DNA of 64,000 nt from Octopus vulgaris (lineage: Eukaryota). The notes beneath the pieces were generated by a model. The model ran no database searches and was not told where the DNA came from. It worked only from the letters and a program-made list of their open reading frames with translations. The stretch covers positions 32,116,001 to 32,180,000 of the forward strand of contig OX597828.1 of the NCBI GenBank assembly GCA_951406725.2. The letters run 5' to 3'. Below, one piece after another: positions 1-13,980 of this stretch. Position 1 is the first letter of the stretch. Each line of letters opens with the position of its first letter. The position numbers and the translations under genes were made by a program.

Positions 1-1253
1 GTAGTTTCAAAATAAACGTGTTTGCGATAAACTTAAATCTAATTATATGTTCTCTATCAATGTTTGAAGAACGAGATTTCTTCATGCGTAAGACATTGAT
101 GGTACTAGATATTGAATACATTAATGAATGGGCAAAGATAACTGGACCAATAACAAATGTAATGATGGAGAAATAGTTATGCAGTAAATTCTTTAAGATA
201 CTTAAGTTGTTTTCACTATTTCTCGGGTCCATATAAAATCTGAGTAGATTTAGTTCTTTCCCTTAAGAACCGATTAATTATATATTCGGTGTCTTCGAGC
301 AGACTACTCCTATTTATTATAATACTTTTTCAGTAAGTATGTTAACTTTTTTAATATTTTGTCGCAGGCGTTTTCATTTTCTTGTGGGTATTGCTTCAAT
401 CCAAGCAGGTCCTGACTTAAGAGACATCATTTAACTGGCATTATATCGGTGATTTTGGTGTTACATTATTCGGGAATATTATAATCCTAACCATATTACT
501 ATTATCGAATAATCATAAGCTTTCCAAGAGATAAACATTGATTATATGAGAATTAGTTCCTAATCGTAGCATGTCGAACCAGTATCGGAAATCCCACTCT
601 AGATGGCATATATCTCTAGCTCAAAACCTTTAATCTAAGCACCAGTCTACAAGTGTATCCCAGGAGCGCTGAAATTAATAGTTTGATTAGCACCTGTGTA
701 TACTACACCATATGTAGATATTTCAATACATCGAATTCATCACGTGGCACAACTTACTAGTCGATACGTCTTTCAGAGAAATAGCTCTTTATGCATTCAT
801 ATACTTCTACATCATTATGTGGGACCAAATATTTTGGACGTTCTATGTGAGAAACGATGGTTAGACCCCGATAACAACAGCACTTCTCTCGGAAGGCTTC
901 CTGTTCATATCAAATATGTATATATTTCAATTTTTATTTATTGAAACTCATCTAATTATTGTGGCCTCGAATTCTGCCTATTATGGCGAGTATCACATCA
1001 TTGCACGTGAAATAATTTGGGTATATTAATAACGATGTAAATCAAGAATAATTGCTTGGAATTAAAGAGATACTTCGTTGGCATGTGTACACATCAGCGA
1101 TGTAAGAGCTTCTAACAGGAATTCATAGCAGAATTCTTCGATTACCGATAACGAAGTTCACACGGAACAAGAGTGATCAGGTTGTAGATCAATGCATCGA
1201 TGCTTTCGTTACTGGCGTGTGCACTATAAACTCTTTGCACTTAGAAACAAAGC

Positions 1254-1464
1254 TCGAGTATTTCTTTCAACATTTTATCCTGAATAAATGTTTGTTAGGA
1301 TAAACGATGACACTACAGGGTATGTTTGTGAACAGGGGGATGTTAATTTCATTACATCTTCGGAGACCATAAAAGCACAAATCGGAATGCTTTTGCTGAT
1401 GGGAGTTGTGCAGTTTCCCTGTTGCAGAGACTACTGGTGCAGGAATTCAGTTCTGAGACCGTAA
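1254..1464 (+). pseudogene. piggyBac-type transposase fragment (DDE_Tnp_1_7-like N-terminal part), degenerate
   Basis: Manual translation of 1288-1464 gives MFVRINDDTTGYVCEQGDVNFITSSETIKAQIGMLLLMGVVQFPCCRDYWCRNS, preceded in another frame by LEYFFQ. This matches the piggyBac pattern (P)LEYF..F...T..EIKAFIG.LLLMG....P..RDYW. It has a stop and a frameshift, and no termini were seen. Confidence 0.7.
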
Positions 1465-2803
1465 ATCGATGTACAAGATTCTTTCTATGTATATACAGAT
1501 AGATTTACTTTAATCCACATACTTTTACTCATTCAACCTGGATAAGTGGTAATGTTATAAAATCCAGCAATAATACGTGCATAATATATTTATATTATAT
1601 ACACCAACAACCATTACCTTCTAGCCCTAAGGTTCATCCGAATTAATACGATAGTTATAATTTTATGAGTTTTGAAAATAGAATATTTATGTTCCCATTA
1701 AAATCTATGATTTCTAACGCGATGTGACGATCATATGCCTGAGGAATTAATCGCATCTCTGTACATCGGTTTATATGCCTCAATGTATGCATCTGTATAT
1801 TTCAGTCTGTGTGCGTGTTTATATTGCAGTTTGTATAATTAGATGCGAATGACAAATTATAAATATTACTATGGCTAAGAAACGAGAAGGACTATGAACA
1901 TAGAGTACATCCCAATACGAAGGTGAATTATCTAGTAGTTAGCCATAAAAGGAAGAAAATCGTGGTTTTATCGTTACATTCTACGTATATTCCTTTTGTC
2001 TTCGAATATTAATATTGTTTTAATACATAACTTTGATAAATTGCTGCATACCTAAGGAATGAATATCAATTCCCGAGTACCATTTTTGTTTTATATAATT
2101 TTCCTCCATATATGCAAGACAAATTAGTAAATTAGGGAGAAAATTTTAAGAAGAAGTAGTTTAACTGATTGATGTACTCCGATGGAAGCAATCTGTTAAA
2201 ATATGTACTTTAACTATTACACAAACGCACAAACTAAAAGTGTAGCCCATAACATTATCGTGAGTACTTGAGTAATACGGGGTTAATTATATCTCATAAC
2301 AGCATAACCAGTAATTGACTGATACTCATAACCATTACATAATGATGACCATCACATAAAAAAAAAAAAACTGGATAATAATTTTGCAGAGACGTCACTA
2401 ATTTGTATTTATTAGCATTCAATGGTTTTCTGAAGAAAACTACCTGACGTTTTCCCCTGAAATTTGAATTTTCTAAGCCCTCAAGTTATATCTCTCCCAA
2501 TATATATGTGTATGGTGTATGTGAGTGCTTATGTGTGACAGTGTGCGTGCGCGTGTGTGAGTGCATGCGTGTATATGTATATACGTGTAATATATATATA
2601 ATGTGAGACGTAACCAGTGGGGAAGGATATCAAAGTAATTTTCGACGGCAGGTAATCATAATAGTAGTTTCCTTCTCACAGAAATGAGTTTAAAAACTAA
2701 GAAAAGAGTTTAAAACAAGGTTGTTATTATTGCTTTACTTACGGAAGAAACGGTGAATAAATAATGCGTATGCAATACATACTTACATTCATACATACAT
2801 ACG

Positions 2804-2835
<32 letters not shown>

Positions 2836-2987
2836 TATTCTGTAATCTGTGTGCATGGATATGTGTACCTGTGTACATTTTCCACGTACATATGCATGGA
2901 TGTACAAATACAAAAACTTTTTTACACGCACACACACACCGAAACACACACGCACCCACACACTCACACACACGCACACACACACAG

Positions 2988-3033
<46 letters not shown>

Positions 3034-3849
3034 GTACATATATACACATCCACACACAAATATTTAAATATACTTATATCGCTGAACAACGCCAATGAAA
3101 AGTATTGCCATACATAATAGCATATATAACGTAATGCCCTGTCATATCTCTCTGACAGAAGTGATCATTAAACTACCTACTTCACTTACTCTAGCATGTT
3201 GAATTTCCTAAGATATTACAAAGTGTGTCAGATTTCCTAATAAATCATAAAGTGTGTCATATTTTCTGACAAATTATTATTAATTCTCTAAATCATGGAC
3301 ACCCGACAATAAAATAAGAATCACAGTTTAATTTTATCTAATTTGTACACCTTCATACATTTTAAAGTTGCGCAAAATAAACATTGTCAAATATTGCTGC
3401 GTTGATATCTAAAAGATTATTTGAGTTTCTAAATTGTATGATAGGAATGACAGGACAGATGCAGTAATATATTTAGATGATCCGGAACATCTGAGGTGCA
3501 TATCTGTTATACAGATTGTAGAATATAACTTATTTGAAGCAAATCTTAATCCGGAATGTTCGGGATTGTTGCCAAATAATGCTATACAGGGGCCACATCT
3601 CCAAATATTGTCTATTACGCTATTAACATTTACAATTACGTGAAGGGACTTGGAAGAAGGTTTAAAAATGATACATTAATATCCTCTACATAATATTACA
3701 CTTTATTCCTATTATTTCAGAAACAAAATTGGCAGAACAACACCTCACAAAATCAAGATCATTTTTCAAATACTCTATGGACTATCTATATCAAAAATAT
3801 ATATATGATAAACTGCAAAAGGAAAATCCCTTATCACAACACACATCTC

Positions 3850-4140
3850 ACAGAATGGTTATGCTATACGGAAAATAAAGTTTCCACGTAATTTATTATA
3901 CCATTTTCTTCCATAAATAATATTAGAATTCAAAATAAATATCTCAACAGCAAAAAACTACAAAAGAGGCGAAATTTGATTAAATATCGCAAGAATTACT
4001 TTTGGCCATTTATATCCTATTGTGGAAATGCCACGGTGATATATACTTCGACAAGTTTCTTAAAGAAAAACTACTACATCTATTGGGACTTTTGCTTTCA
4101 AATTCTTTGAACTTACTCGATTACCAACAAATATGTTCGA
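3850..4140 (+). pseudogene. Possible very degraded Penelope-like GIY-YIG C-terminal remnant
   Basis: ORF 4002-4184 contains FLKEKLLHLLGLLLSNSLN, loosely resembling the PLE endonuclease tail C.LCL.EKL.IL....NLLN. Similarity is weak. Confidence 0.25.
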
Positions 4141-4750
4141 TTTTGTTAGTTTCTACGTTACTCATAAAAAAGAGGGAAAAATAAATAGAGATGTGTGTGT
4201 GCGTGTATGTGTGTGTGTATGTGTGTGTGTACATAAATCAGTTTAACCTTATAATGAACATCCCATTAGAATTCAAAAAACGCGGAATTTAGAGAAAGGA
4301 AAAATATTTTATTTAAATACTCCATCTGATACGTGATCTATCTAAATATTTTCTTTACTAGTGTCATTTTATTTACGTCTTGTTGTCTTCATAAATTGAA
4401 GTGAAAATCGATCATGGCACACAACAATCTCGAAAAAGTATACGAGATATACGAAAAATGTTTCTTCTCATTGTATTTGTTGGTATTATTTTCATTAAAT
4501 AACAGAAAAATTATCATTATCACCCATTGATATTCAGATAGCATCACGAGGCAATAATAATATCGTATTCAACATTCATTAATTTCAATCTGAAGAATAA
4601 ATTGAATTAATGTAACACCTTAAAAATTAGTTTCTCTCTGAATACAAGGACATTCTGAGAATGTCACCATTATTATTAGACGCAAATATTTTCTACAATC
4701 TGTGCATTACATATAATAATAGAAATAACACTAATAATAATAATAATAAT

Positions 4751-6152
4751 ACAACACACACAAATGAAAGAGAAAATAAAGAAAGAATACAATAGACGAG
4801 TTAGATCAAAACTTAAAACAGAGCTCAATGCTAAAAACGAGATGAATGTATTAACACCTTAGCCGTCCCAGTTATAAGTTACAGCTACAATATCCTTAAC
4901 TGGACACTAAATGCACTAACCAAAATAGACAGGAAAAGATGAAAAAAATGACAGGGTCTAGGTTGCTCCGCCCAAAATCTATATAGAAAGGCTAAAGAGA
5001 AAGGCTATATATACAACATATAGAAGGTGGCAGAAGCCTTATACAGCTGGAAACTATTATAAAATAACCATCATAGGACTGCAAATACCTACTTCAGTAG
5101 CAAGGAAAACTGATACAAATAGGCGCAAAACACGAGCAAAGCAAAATCTTTGTTCTCATTATTTAATGAAGCTTACAAATATAAACAAGAAATCATACTA
5201 CCTAACAAATATGAAGAAGAAGAAACAACAAAAGCTATAAAACAATTGAAAACCAAACTAAAACTAGAACAGCAAAGACCCATGATAAAAACGATGGCAA
5301 GAAAAGCCCATTCATGGCAAATAGTGGACTAAATTAAACGCAAAAGAAATGGACAGAGAAAACACCCAGCAATGTTTGAGAAGCTCAGGACTCAAAGCAG
5401 AGACGGAGGGATTTTTAATTGCAGCACAAGACCAAAGCCTCCCCACCAGACATTACGAAAAACATATAATGAAAAGAAACATAACAAGTAACTGCAGAAT
5501 TATGTGGGCATGGACAAGAAACAATAAATCATATTATCTGGCAGACCAATCCTCGCTAAGAAGGAATATATTCACATGCACGACAGAATTGGGACCTAAA
5601 TACACTGGAATCTATGCCAACACAATGGAATAACAACAGAAAAAAAGATGGTATAAGCACAAGCAGGAAAGGTCTCAGAAATCGAGAAAGCAACCAATAC
5701 TCTGGGATATGCCAATACACACAGATAGAGAAATTAAGGCCAATATGCCAGATATAATTGTCAGAGATCATGAACAAAAAATGCTTTCTAAGTGATGTAT
5801 CAATACCAGCAATGGCAACGTTTCTCTAAAGAAATGGAGAACTTTCAAGATACAAAGACCTAGAAATAGAAGTAACTCGAATGTGAAATCTAAAAACAGA
5901 AACAATTCCTATCATCGAATGTGCATTAGGTATGATAAAAAAATATTCAGACAAACACAACAAAAACACCAGGACTTACAAATATATACAACTTACAGAA
6001 AATTGCACTAATTGGTACTGCACACATCATACGCAAAGCACTTTCAATGCAGTAACCATAAGAGCATCACAACAAACAAAAGCACATACCTAAGCCACAC
6101 AGAGCTGCGCTCGGTAGTGAAGTGAAAGCACGTATAAAAATAAAAACTACCG
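4751..6152 (+). mobile_element. 5'-truncated R4/Dong-clade non-LTR retrotransposon (RT thumb, CCHC knuckle region, REL endonuclease, 3' UTR)
   Basis: Broken frames read KEYNRRVRSKLKTELNAKN..NTLAVPVISYSYNILNW, RLYIQHIEGGRSL, GLKAETEGFLIAAQDQSLPTR, ILWDMPIHTDREIKANMPDIIVRD and QKIALIGTAHIIRKALS*. These are typical of R4/Dong proteins. The element is flanked by (AAT)n on both sides (about 4733-4750 and 6153-6173). Confidence 0.9.
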
Positions 6153-6173
6153 AATAATAATAATAATAATAAT

Positions 6174-6477
6174 GAGGAAGCTGAGTACTACGGTAATACC
6201 AGTGGTAACTGGTGCATTGGAAATGATAAAGAAGGGAGGTGAGAAATATATCAAGTAACTCCCTGGTAACTCTAATTTCCATGAACAACAAAAGATAACA
6301 TGTATATGTACAGTCCATATACCTCGGAAAACACTCTCCATCTAAAATGGAATACATATGGTGATAATTTTAGCATGCATAACAAACAAAAGCGCCCTTG
6401 CTAATCTTTGACTCCGGGGGATGCCCGGTGGTAAGGCAGTTGAAATAAAACTTATAATGAAAGAAAACCATAAACAA
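6174..6477 (+). mobile_element. Second R4/Dong-type 3' end fragment (different subfamily)
   Basis: Reads RKLSTTVIPVVTGALEMIKKGGEKYIK*LPGNSNFHEQQKITCICTVHIPRKTLSI*, followed by a 3' UTR and an (AAT)n run at about 6478-6496. Confidence 0.8.
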
Positions 6478-6504
6478 CAATAATAATAATAATAATGACA
6501 ATAA

Positions 6505-6875
6505 GCAGTTCTAAACATTAGCTATAATCTCTTTAGCAGTTCCGGTTTAGCAGTTTCGATTTGTTGAACTGGAATATGAGCGACCTAAGGAAGACTGACA
6601 AGAAAATCCATAAGCTGCTAACTTGCAATAAGATGCCCCACCCAAAGACCTACCTACCCAGAGCTCGATGAGGCCGCGGTTTGATCCAGTTTGAAACCCC
6701 TTACAAAACCGCCACATTTGAACAGCCAAAATGTCTTCAAGCATCTAACAACTGGATGCTACAGTTCGTTGAAAAGTATGAAAGACGTGAGACGCTTCAT
6801 TCTGTTATGAAGGAGAGCAAAACAATTCCAAGTCATAATTATTATAGAGAAGATATGAAATACAGTGTCAATTGA
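6505..6875 (+). mobile_element. Third R4/Dong-type internal fragment (RT thumb region)
   Basis: Broken frames read AIISLAVPV..SFDLLNWNMSDLRKTDKKIHKLLTCNKMPHPK..YLPR..GRGLIQFETPYK, homologous to the 4800-5060 segment. Confidence 0.75.
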
Positions 6876-6990
6876 AGGAATGGAAACAGACGTGAGATAT
6901 GTAAGGATATTTATCTGCATTTCCACTATTTAAACAGAATGGTGTATATATACGTTTCCTGTATCTTGTGTGTGAGTTCCACATATTTAT

Positions 6991-6991
6991 C

Positions 6992-7042
<51 letters not shown>
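6991..7042. repeat. (TCTA)n microsatellite
   Basis: Direct inspection. Confidence 0.95.
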
Positions 7043-7613
7043 AATAGTCCGTATTTGCATTATATGCGAAAGAGGATTCTAGAGATTGGAAATTGGAGCC
7101 AATGAATGTGAAAGACCGCAAGAGCTACGGCTGTATTATATTGTTCTAAAGTCGCAGAGCAACGGCTGCAATTGTGTAGTCTACCTTAGTACATTCTCAT
7201 AAATATCGACACTTAGATAGTTACTGCATTAGCAATTTAAATAATCTAATTATTCTTCAAGGAAAAATTTAATTATGCAAATCTTCACAACAGTGCTAGA
7301 GCAATCATGGTATTTTCGAGCTAGGAATAGCTATGGGCATTATTGAACCCCTTGAGCAGAATCCTGAGTACGTAGGTACAACGGTACGGGAGATAAAACT
7401 ATGTTGATTAGAGAACCAGGTCAAATTTTTACCTTAATAGATATACTTTAATTATCAATTTGCACTCTACAACGCAATAATAATAAATTAATTGAATTAC
7501 AAAAATTTAAATCATTAAATTATGCAAATAAGATCAACTGATTTGGAGAAAGCAATATATTTAAAGGCATAAACGGATAACTGAATTTTATATATATAAA
7601 TATATACCGATAT

Positions 7614-7667
<54 letters not shown>

Positions 7668-7807
7668 GTGTGTGTGTATGTGTGTGTGTGTGTGTGTGAA
7701 TCTCTGCACACGTGTGTGTTTCTGTGCGCGTATGTTCCCGTGTGTGTCTGTGTTTATAAATAGAAATAAGGCCAAACATATGTAGACAGGGCATATATGT
7801 TAAATAG

Positions 7808-7934
7808 TCTTTCTACTCTAGGCACAAGGCACGAAATTTTGGGGTGGAGAGCCTGTTTATTAAATCTACACTAGTACGCAACCGGTACTTAATTTATCGA
7901 GCCCGAAAGGATGAAAAGCAAAGTCGATCTCAGC
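7808..7934 (-). mobile_element. SINE fragment with Nin/Deu-like core (family B)
   Basis: The reverse complement contains gactttgcttttcatcctttcgggctcgataaattaagtacc, resembling the Nin/Deu SINE core. It is homologous to the copies at 24578, 42048, 43552, 63394 and 63887. Confidence 0.65.
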
Positions 7935-7976
7935 ATATATATTAAATATTCACGTACAGAAAGACATACGCAAAAT

Positions 7977-8007
<31 letters not shown>

Positions 8008-8355
8008 GCACACACACGCACAAACACACACATGCACACATATTTATACAGCAGACTATCATAATTTCCATCAACGAAACTTATTCACAAAACCTCAGGA
8101 GGCCCGGGGTGCCGTGCAGTAGGACTGAACCCAAAACCATTCTGTTTTAACTCCACATTCATACACACTCCTACATTCACGTATAAATTACACACTAACC
8201 ACCGTGCAACTGTTCCTTTGCCTAGATCTCAGACGTTATTTGTGTGTGTGTGTGTGTGTGTGTATTTCTACATTTTGTGAGAATTTACCTATAGTTTATA
8301 TTTGTTCTTATATTCTTTACAAAATAATCATATTGTGTTTCGAATATGAAAGTAA

Positions 8356-8577
8356 TACTCTCCTTACTCTTTTACTCTTTTACTTGTTTCAGTCATTTGA
8401 CAGCAGCCATGCTGGAGCACCGCCTTTTGTCGAGCACATCGACCCCGGGACTTATTCTTTGTAAGCCCAGTACTTATTCTATCGGTCTCTTTTGCCGAAC
8501 CGCTAAGTGACGGGGACGTAAATACACCAGCATCGGTTGTCAAGCAATGCTAGGGGGACAAACACAGACACACAAAG

Positions 8578-8624
<47 letters not shown>

Positions 8625-8781
8625 TATGACAGGCTTCTTTCAGTTTCCGTCTACCAGATCCACTCACAAGGCATTGGTCGGCCCGGGGCTATAGCAGAAG
8701 ACACTTGCCCAAGATTCCACGCAGTGGGACTGAACCCGGAACCATGTGGTTGGTTAGCAAGCTACTTACCACACAGCCACT
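8356..8781 (-). mobile_element. tRNA-derived SINE (family A), near full length, young
   Basis: Minus strand shows an A-box-like tggctgtgtgg, a B-box-like ggttcagtccc, an internal (TA)n/(TG)n tract and a (GTAAAAGA)n tail. It is nearly identical to 16052-16473 and 32687-33116. Confidence 0.9.
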
Positions 8782-9384
8782 GTGAAGGAATTAAACTATT
8801 AATTGACCAAAACGTAAATATATGCAGCTCATACAATTCGTCCCATAACATACATACATAACGATCATATCACTATCACGTGAGTCTTAGTCTCCCCATT
8901 AATGGCAATATTTTATTCAACAAAAATAATGCGTATTAAACCCACAAATAATTATTTTTGTTTGAGCATTCAAGAAAATTACACTGGATCATCGCTTCAG
9001 AATATAACCAGTCAAAAGAAAGTATATCTTATCTGCATATATTCGGAAGTATAGTTAATTGATACGATAGTTTTTCTAAAATTCGAACCACCGTTCGTTT
9101 TAACAATACTTGTCATTAAGTAACATTTTAAAATTTATAGCAACCAGAAAACAATTCATAGAAGTATATTCTATTATCACAACCTATATCGATGAGCATT
9201 TTCAATAATTCTTATTTGTAAGCTATATATGATGTCAGCTTTTTGAGCTGCAGTACACAGAAGCTTAGCAAATGCCACTTCATATTATTTTAAAATAGGA
9301 TAGCGTAATGAAAATATTAATTTCGTATATGTACAAAAGCATTAACATACACAAAAATACAAACGTGACCTTTCTCATATATAT

Positions 9385-9590
<206 letters not shown>

Positions 9591-10797
9591 GAGTGCATTG
9601 ATGTGTGTATATGTGTGTCTGACATCTGGCATGTTTGAACACAATATTTTTATGAATGCTGACATGAGCTCATAAATCATCCAAGTATTGACATGTCTTC
9701 GTCTAGAGAAAATATAAATTATTCGGATTGCTCGTATGATGAAGCAACATCCTGCTGTTCATATGTCGAGAAGTAGATCGTAAATGAAGAAATACCACGA
9801 AGCGAATCGACTAAATTCTGAATTTTATGTCCTCTGTTTCAATTTGTTATATACAACCAAGTCGATAAATTTTGTCGTACGCATTGCCTATGTATTGCCA
9901 CATACAGCTTTAAATTCATGCTAAAAGGGTTTTACAGATTGATTGAGTGATAATGTATTACTTATTTTAGAGATCCCACAGCGAAGGGTTTCATGATGAT
10001 TCACAAAGGGAGGATGATAAGTTCTCCAAATGTGCTGGAGTTTGTTACTATTTCTGTCAATTTCGTCATATCGACTGAATAATTAATGTTACACAGCCTT
10101 CGATTTATTCCATAATATCACTCACCTACAAAATTTTTGGCTTTGTGCCTTCGTACATGAAATCAATATTCTAAACTTGTTCTTCAAATTTGGAAGATAT
10201 TAATACAGAAAATTCCATGATTCTATGAATTCTTTTTCGCAACACAACGTTATAATATTCTGCTTCCCTAAATTTTCACCTGTTATCACTGTCTTGAAAC
10301 ATTTTTCCTGTTCGGTATACATTATTTAAATATTCACCTCTGTGGAACTGCTTCTTAAACACAGAACTATTAATCACATTTAATGGCACTTAAAATGGAG
10401 CTAGTTTGACGAATGGTTCAAATGTTATCAGGAAGCCATAACACACTGCAATTCTTCTCGAAATCCTACTACTTCTCTACTGATTGCTAAACAGTGTTTA
10501 ATTCTATAAGATGTTGGTTTTGTGGTGATGTAGACTGTATGAAGACAACGGTGTTAGAGATGTAGCGAAATAGCGTTTTATCCAAAGGTATCCTTAGGCC
10601 ATATATGCAATAGAACAGGAGAGCATTTTGTTTTCATCTATGAGACCTTGTACGGTGTATTCGTAGATATTGATCTCTTAAATATAGCATCTGAATAAAT
10701 ACCTAAAAAGTATATATATATACATATATATGTGTGTATATATATGTATATATATATGTATGTATATATAAGTATATGTATATATGAATATATACAA

Positions 10798-10866
<69 letters not shown>

Positions 10867-10877
10867 CATAATACAGG

Positions 10878-10909
<32 letters not shown>

Positions 10910-11449
10910 CATACATGAGGAGAGCAATCAATAATATTCACATTCATAATAGTGACAAATGAACATTTAATACTCCGCTTTTCTAATCTTACTGTCCAGA
11001 CAATTACACGTCTTTCGTATTCTTCAAACAGAATATGGTATGTCACCAACGGAATAATGAAAATCCGATTTTAACATCAAACAATATCAATAGCTATATT
11101 GCTAGACGTATTTCTTTTTGATCGATATATTTATGTATATATTTACATATTTACATATATTATGTACACATATGGTTCACATTCAATTGTATATACGCCT
11201 ATATAAAATTGTAAAATATTATATATATATATATATATGTGCGTGTGTGTGTGTGTGTATGTGTGTGTGTGTAATTGTATATAAGAGTATTTATATATAT
11301 GTATATATATATTTTTTTTATATGTATTATGTATGTATGTACGTATGTGTTTATGTATGTACTTGTCTCTGTAGATATATAACTCTCGTGGGGGAATTCT
11401 TTGCCCATCCACTCACATATCCCTTTGTTGACTAAAGTTGTTCACTTGC

Positions 11450-13480
11450 TATGATATCATCATGAGACTAGCAGACAATTGGTCACTATTCTGATGTGGC
11501 TGTCTAACGCCAGAAAAACCGAAATAGTCACTGTACATTGTACTGCATTGTCCTCTGCGCGTGACCCGTTCTTATAACCAATAATCCTTTTTCCATCATC
11601 TGCCAACGTATATCCTCCTCTCTTCTACAATTCAGCGCTTCCAAACACTTCATCATCACAGGCTATACATTCATTGTCTGAATGCTCCCCAAGACCTCTA
11701 TGTACGAACCTCCCGGTAGTCTCGTTCATCCCTATCACCTTAAGGCAAATGGTATGTCCATAACTCGCCACCTTTGGGCTCATCGAGAAGTCTGGAACTT
11801 GCACTTCAACATTCACCCAACAATTTAATCTACCTTGCTTACATCTCGTTACTTCCTTCTCAGAGTTATTCATTCTTTAAAAGAGGTCCACCAATTACGA
11901 CATTTCGTCTTCAACAATTCCCCATCCTCACAATTGTATCCCGTATCCGTTCTATGCTCCATTTCCTACAACTATACCCAGCTTTTCCATTCAAAATCCG
12001 CTTCAGATACAAATCTGTACGGGCTCTGTGCAATGCACGTCCAACTACCTCTAAAACGTGCTGTAATATTCCTGTGTACTTTTGATGTGGTTTGCATACA
12101 CACACAAGACTTGCCGAGAATTTCAAGGAGGAAATCAGGAAAGTCGGTTCTATAATGGATAGCGATATTTCCACTTTTTTCCATTCCATTCACCAATCCA
12201 CTCAACACATGTCAATCCTCGGCTTGGACTCCGGCATCGGATTCCGCACCGTTCAACTTCTAGTGGAATAAGTCCTCATATTCCGCTTGCATATGCACAC
12301 ACTAGCACTCCTAAATTTGCCACTTCGGTTTTATCAAGTTGCAATTGTCCTCTCAGATTCATCATTCATGTATCCCTCTTTCTACTCTCGCATTTCTGTT
12401 TTGCCACCAGCATGCCATTCCACAATCCTTCAAACCTCACTTCACACCACCTCACCAAATGAATAAACAAATAAACTAAACAGCTTCCACATAAGCACGC
12501 TCTTCCTTTCGACGAATTTCCTCATCCGCTAACGCCTTTCCCTAATACACCTTATATACTCATATACGCAAAACGCTATTCCTCTACACTCTTAACCTTA
12601 GTAAAATGCGCATCGACATAGTAACACGCACATCCTCACAGGTATTAGTTTTCCCATATAGAACAAACACGCTAATGTACATTGGTGTTCGTATAAATAG
12701 GGCTCCACTCTTCAATTACACGTGTGTATGCTTACATATACAAAACGGTAGTACTTCTTTGCAAATACACCCTTATTTTTCCTAGTTTCAAAAGCACATA
12801 CGCACATGCACGTACAGGGACACAAGCCCACGCACAAATATTAAATAAAACAGTCACTCATACTTCTTTCTTCCACTTGTCAACTCTTATTTGAATCACA
12901 GCTGATTTTAAACTAACACCAGTTTCCCTCCTCATACTATAAACTAAGTATCGACTCGAATTTCAAAAGTGGAAAATTCCGTCTCGAAATCTATTTTTGT
13001 CTAACACGTCCGTATATCTCGTCCATTACTTCATCATATTGTTGTTTTCTCTTTTAATTTTACCGGCTTCTTCAACAGCTATCTCTACTTTTCTGCTGAT
13101 GTTACCATTTTTTTTAGTATCTCAAACGCCCGCTATATAATTTACAACCATTTTTGCCACTGTGGCAGGGATTTTAACCGGCTACTTTGACTATTTCTCT
13201 TCTCACACATATTGTACAATTCTAACATTTACAACATTTTGTTTAAAACACCCCTTTCGTTGGAATAAGTCTTGACATTCGAACTTAACTTTTTTATAAA
13301 CATGCACTGACCTAAACGGTATTTCCATATTCCCCTTGCCTTCCAACGCGTTTCACTCGATCCCTCGAATTCACGTTCATTCTCACCTCTTACGGAAAGT
13401 CACACAAGGAAAAACACACACAAGCGCGCGCAAGCATACTCACGTTATCAGCAATCAACACCGATAGACTTCGGTCCATA
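11450..13480 (-). mobile_element. Degenerate, probably retroelement-derived region (unclassified)
   Basis: About 2 kb with higher GC, a strongly purine-rich minus strand, no microsatellites and broken ORFs (e.g. RFVHRGLGEHSDNEC, possibly a decayed Zn-knuckle). No diagnostic motif was recognised. Confidence 0.3.
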
Positions 13481-13980
13481 CACGCCTCTGTACATATAAG
13501 TACAACGCCTCAACACATTCCAATCTCCTATCTGCCAGCATCCAATCAAATACATTTCATATATGCTTATGCAGACCTTCATTTACCCTTCTCATAATGT
13601 CGTAATTCATATAACTGATTTATTATACTTTACGTTTAATCTTGCTTCTTTTCATTTCACTATTTGTCTTTCTCCCGCTCTCTCTCTTTCTTTATTCCGA
13701 TGAAGATCTAAAGCCCAAAACGGTATTTTTTCATCAAAGCTCCCCCTATCCCGTTGTCAATTTTATTGTTTTTGACAAATAGTGTGTATGTGTGTATAGG
13801 TATTAATATATATAAATATACACATAATACGCACACATTCACAAACGTACGCAGGCATACATATTTATACATATACAGACGTATCAATATGGAGATATAC
13901 CTACATGCATACACGTAGAGCAGTAGAGCAATAGCAAAGTGCACCAATATATTTGATAGACTGATAGATACATAGATTTA

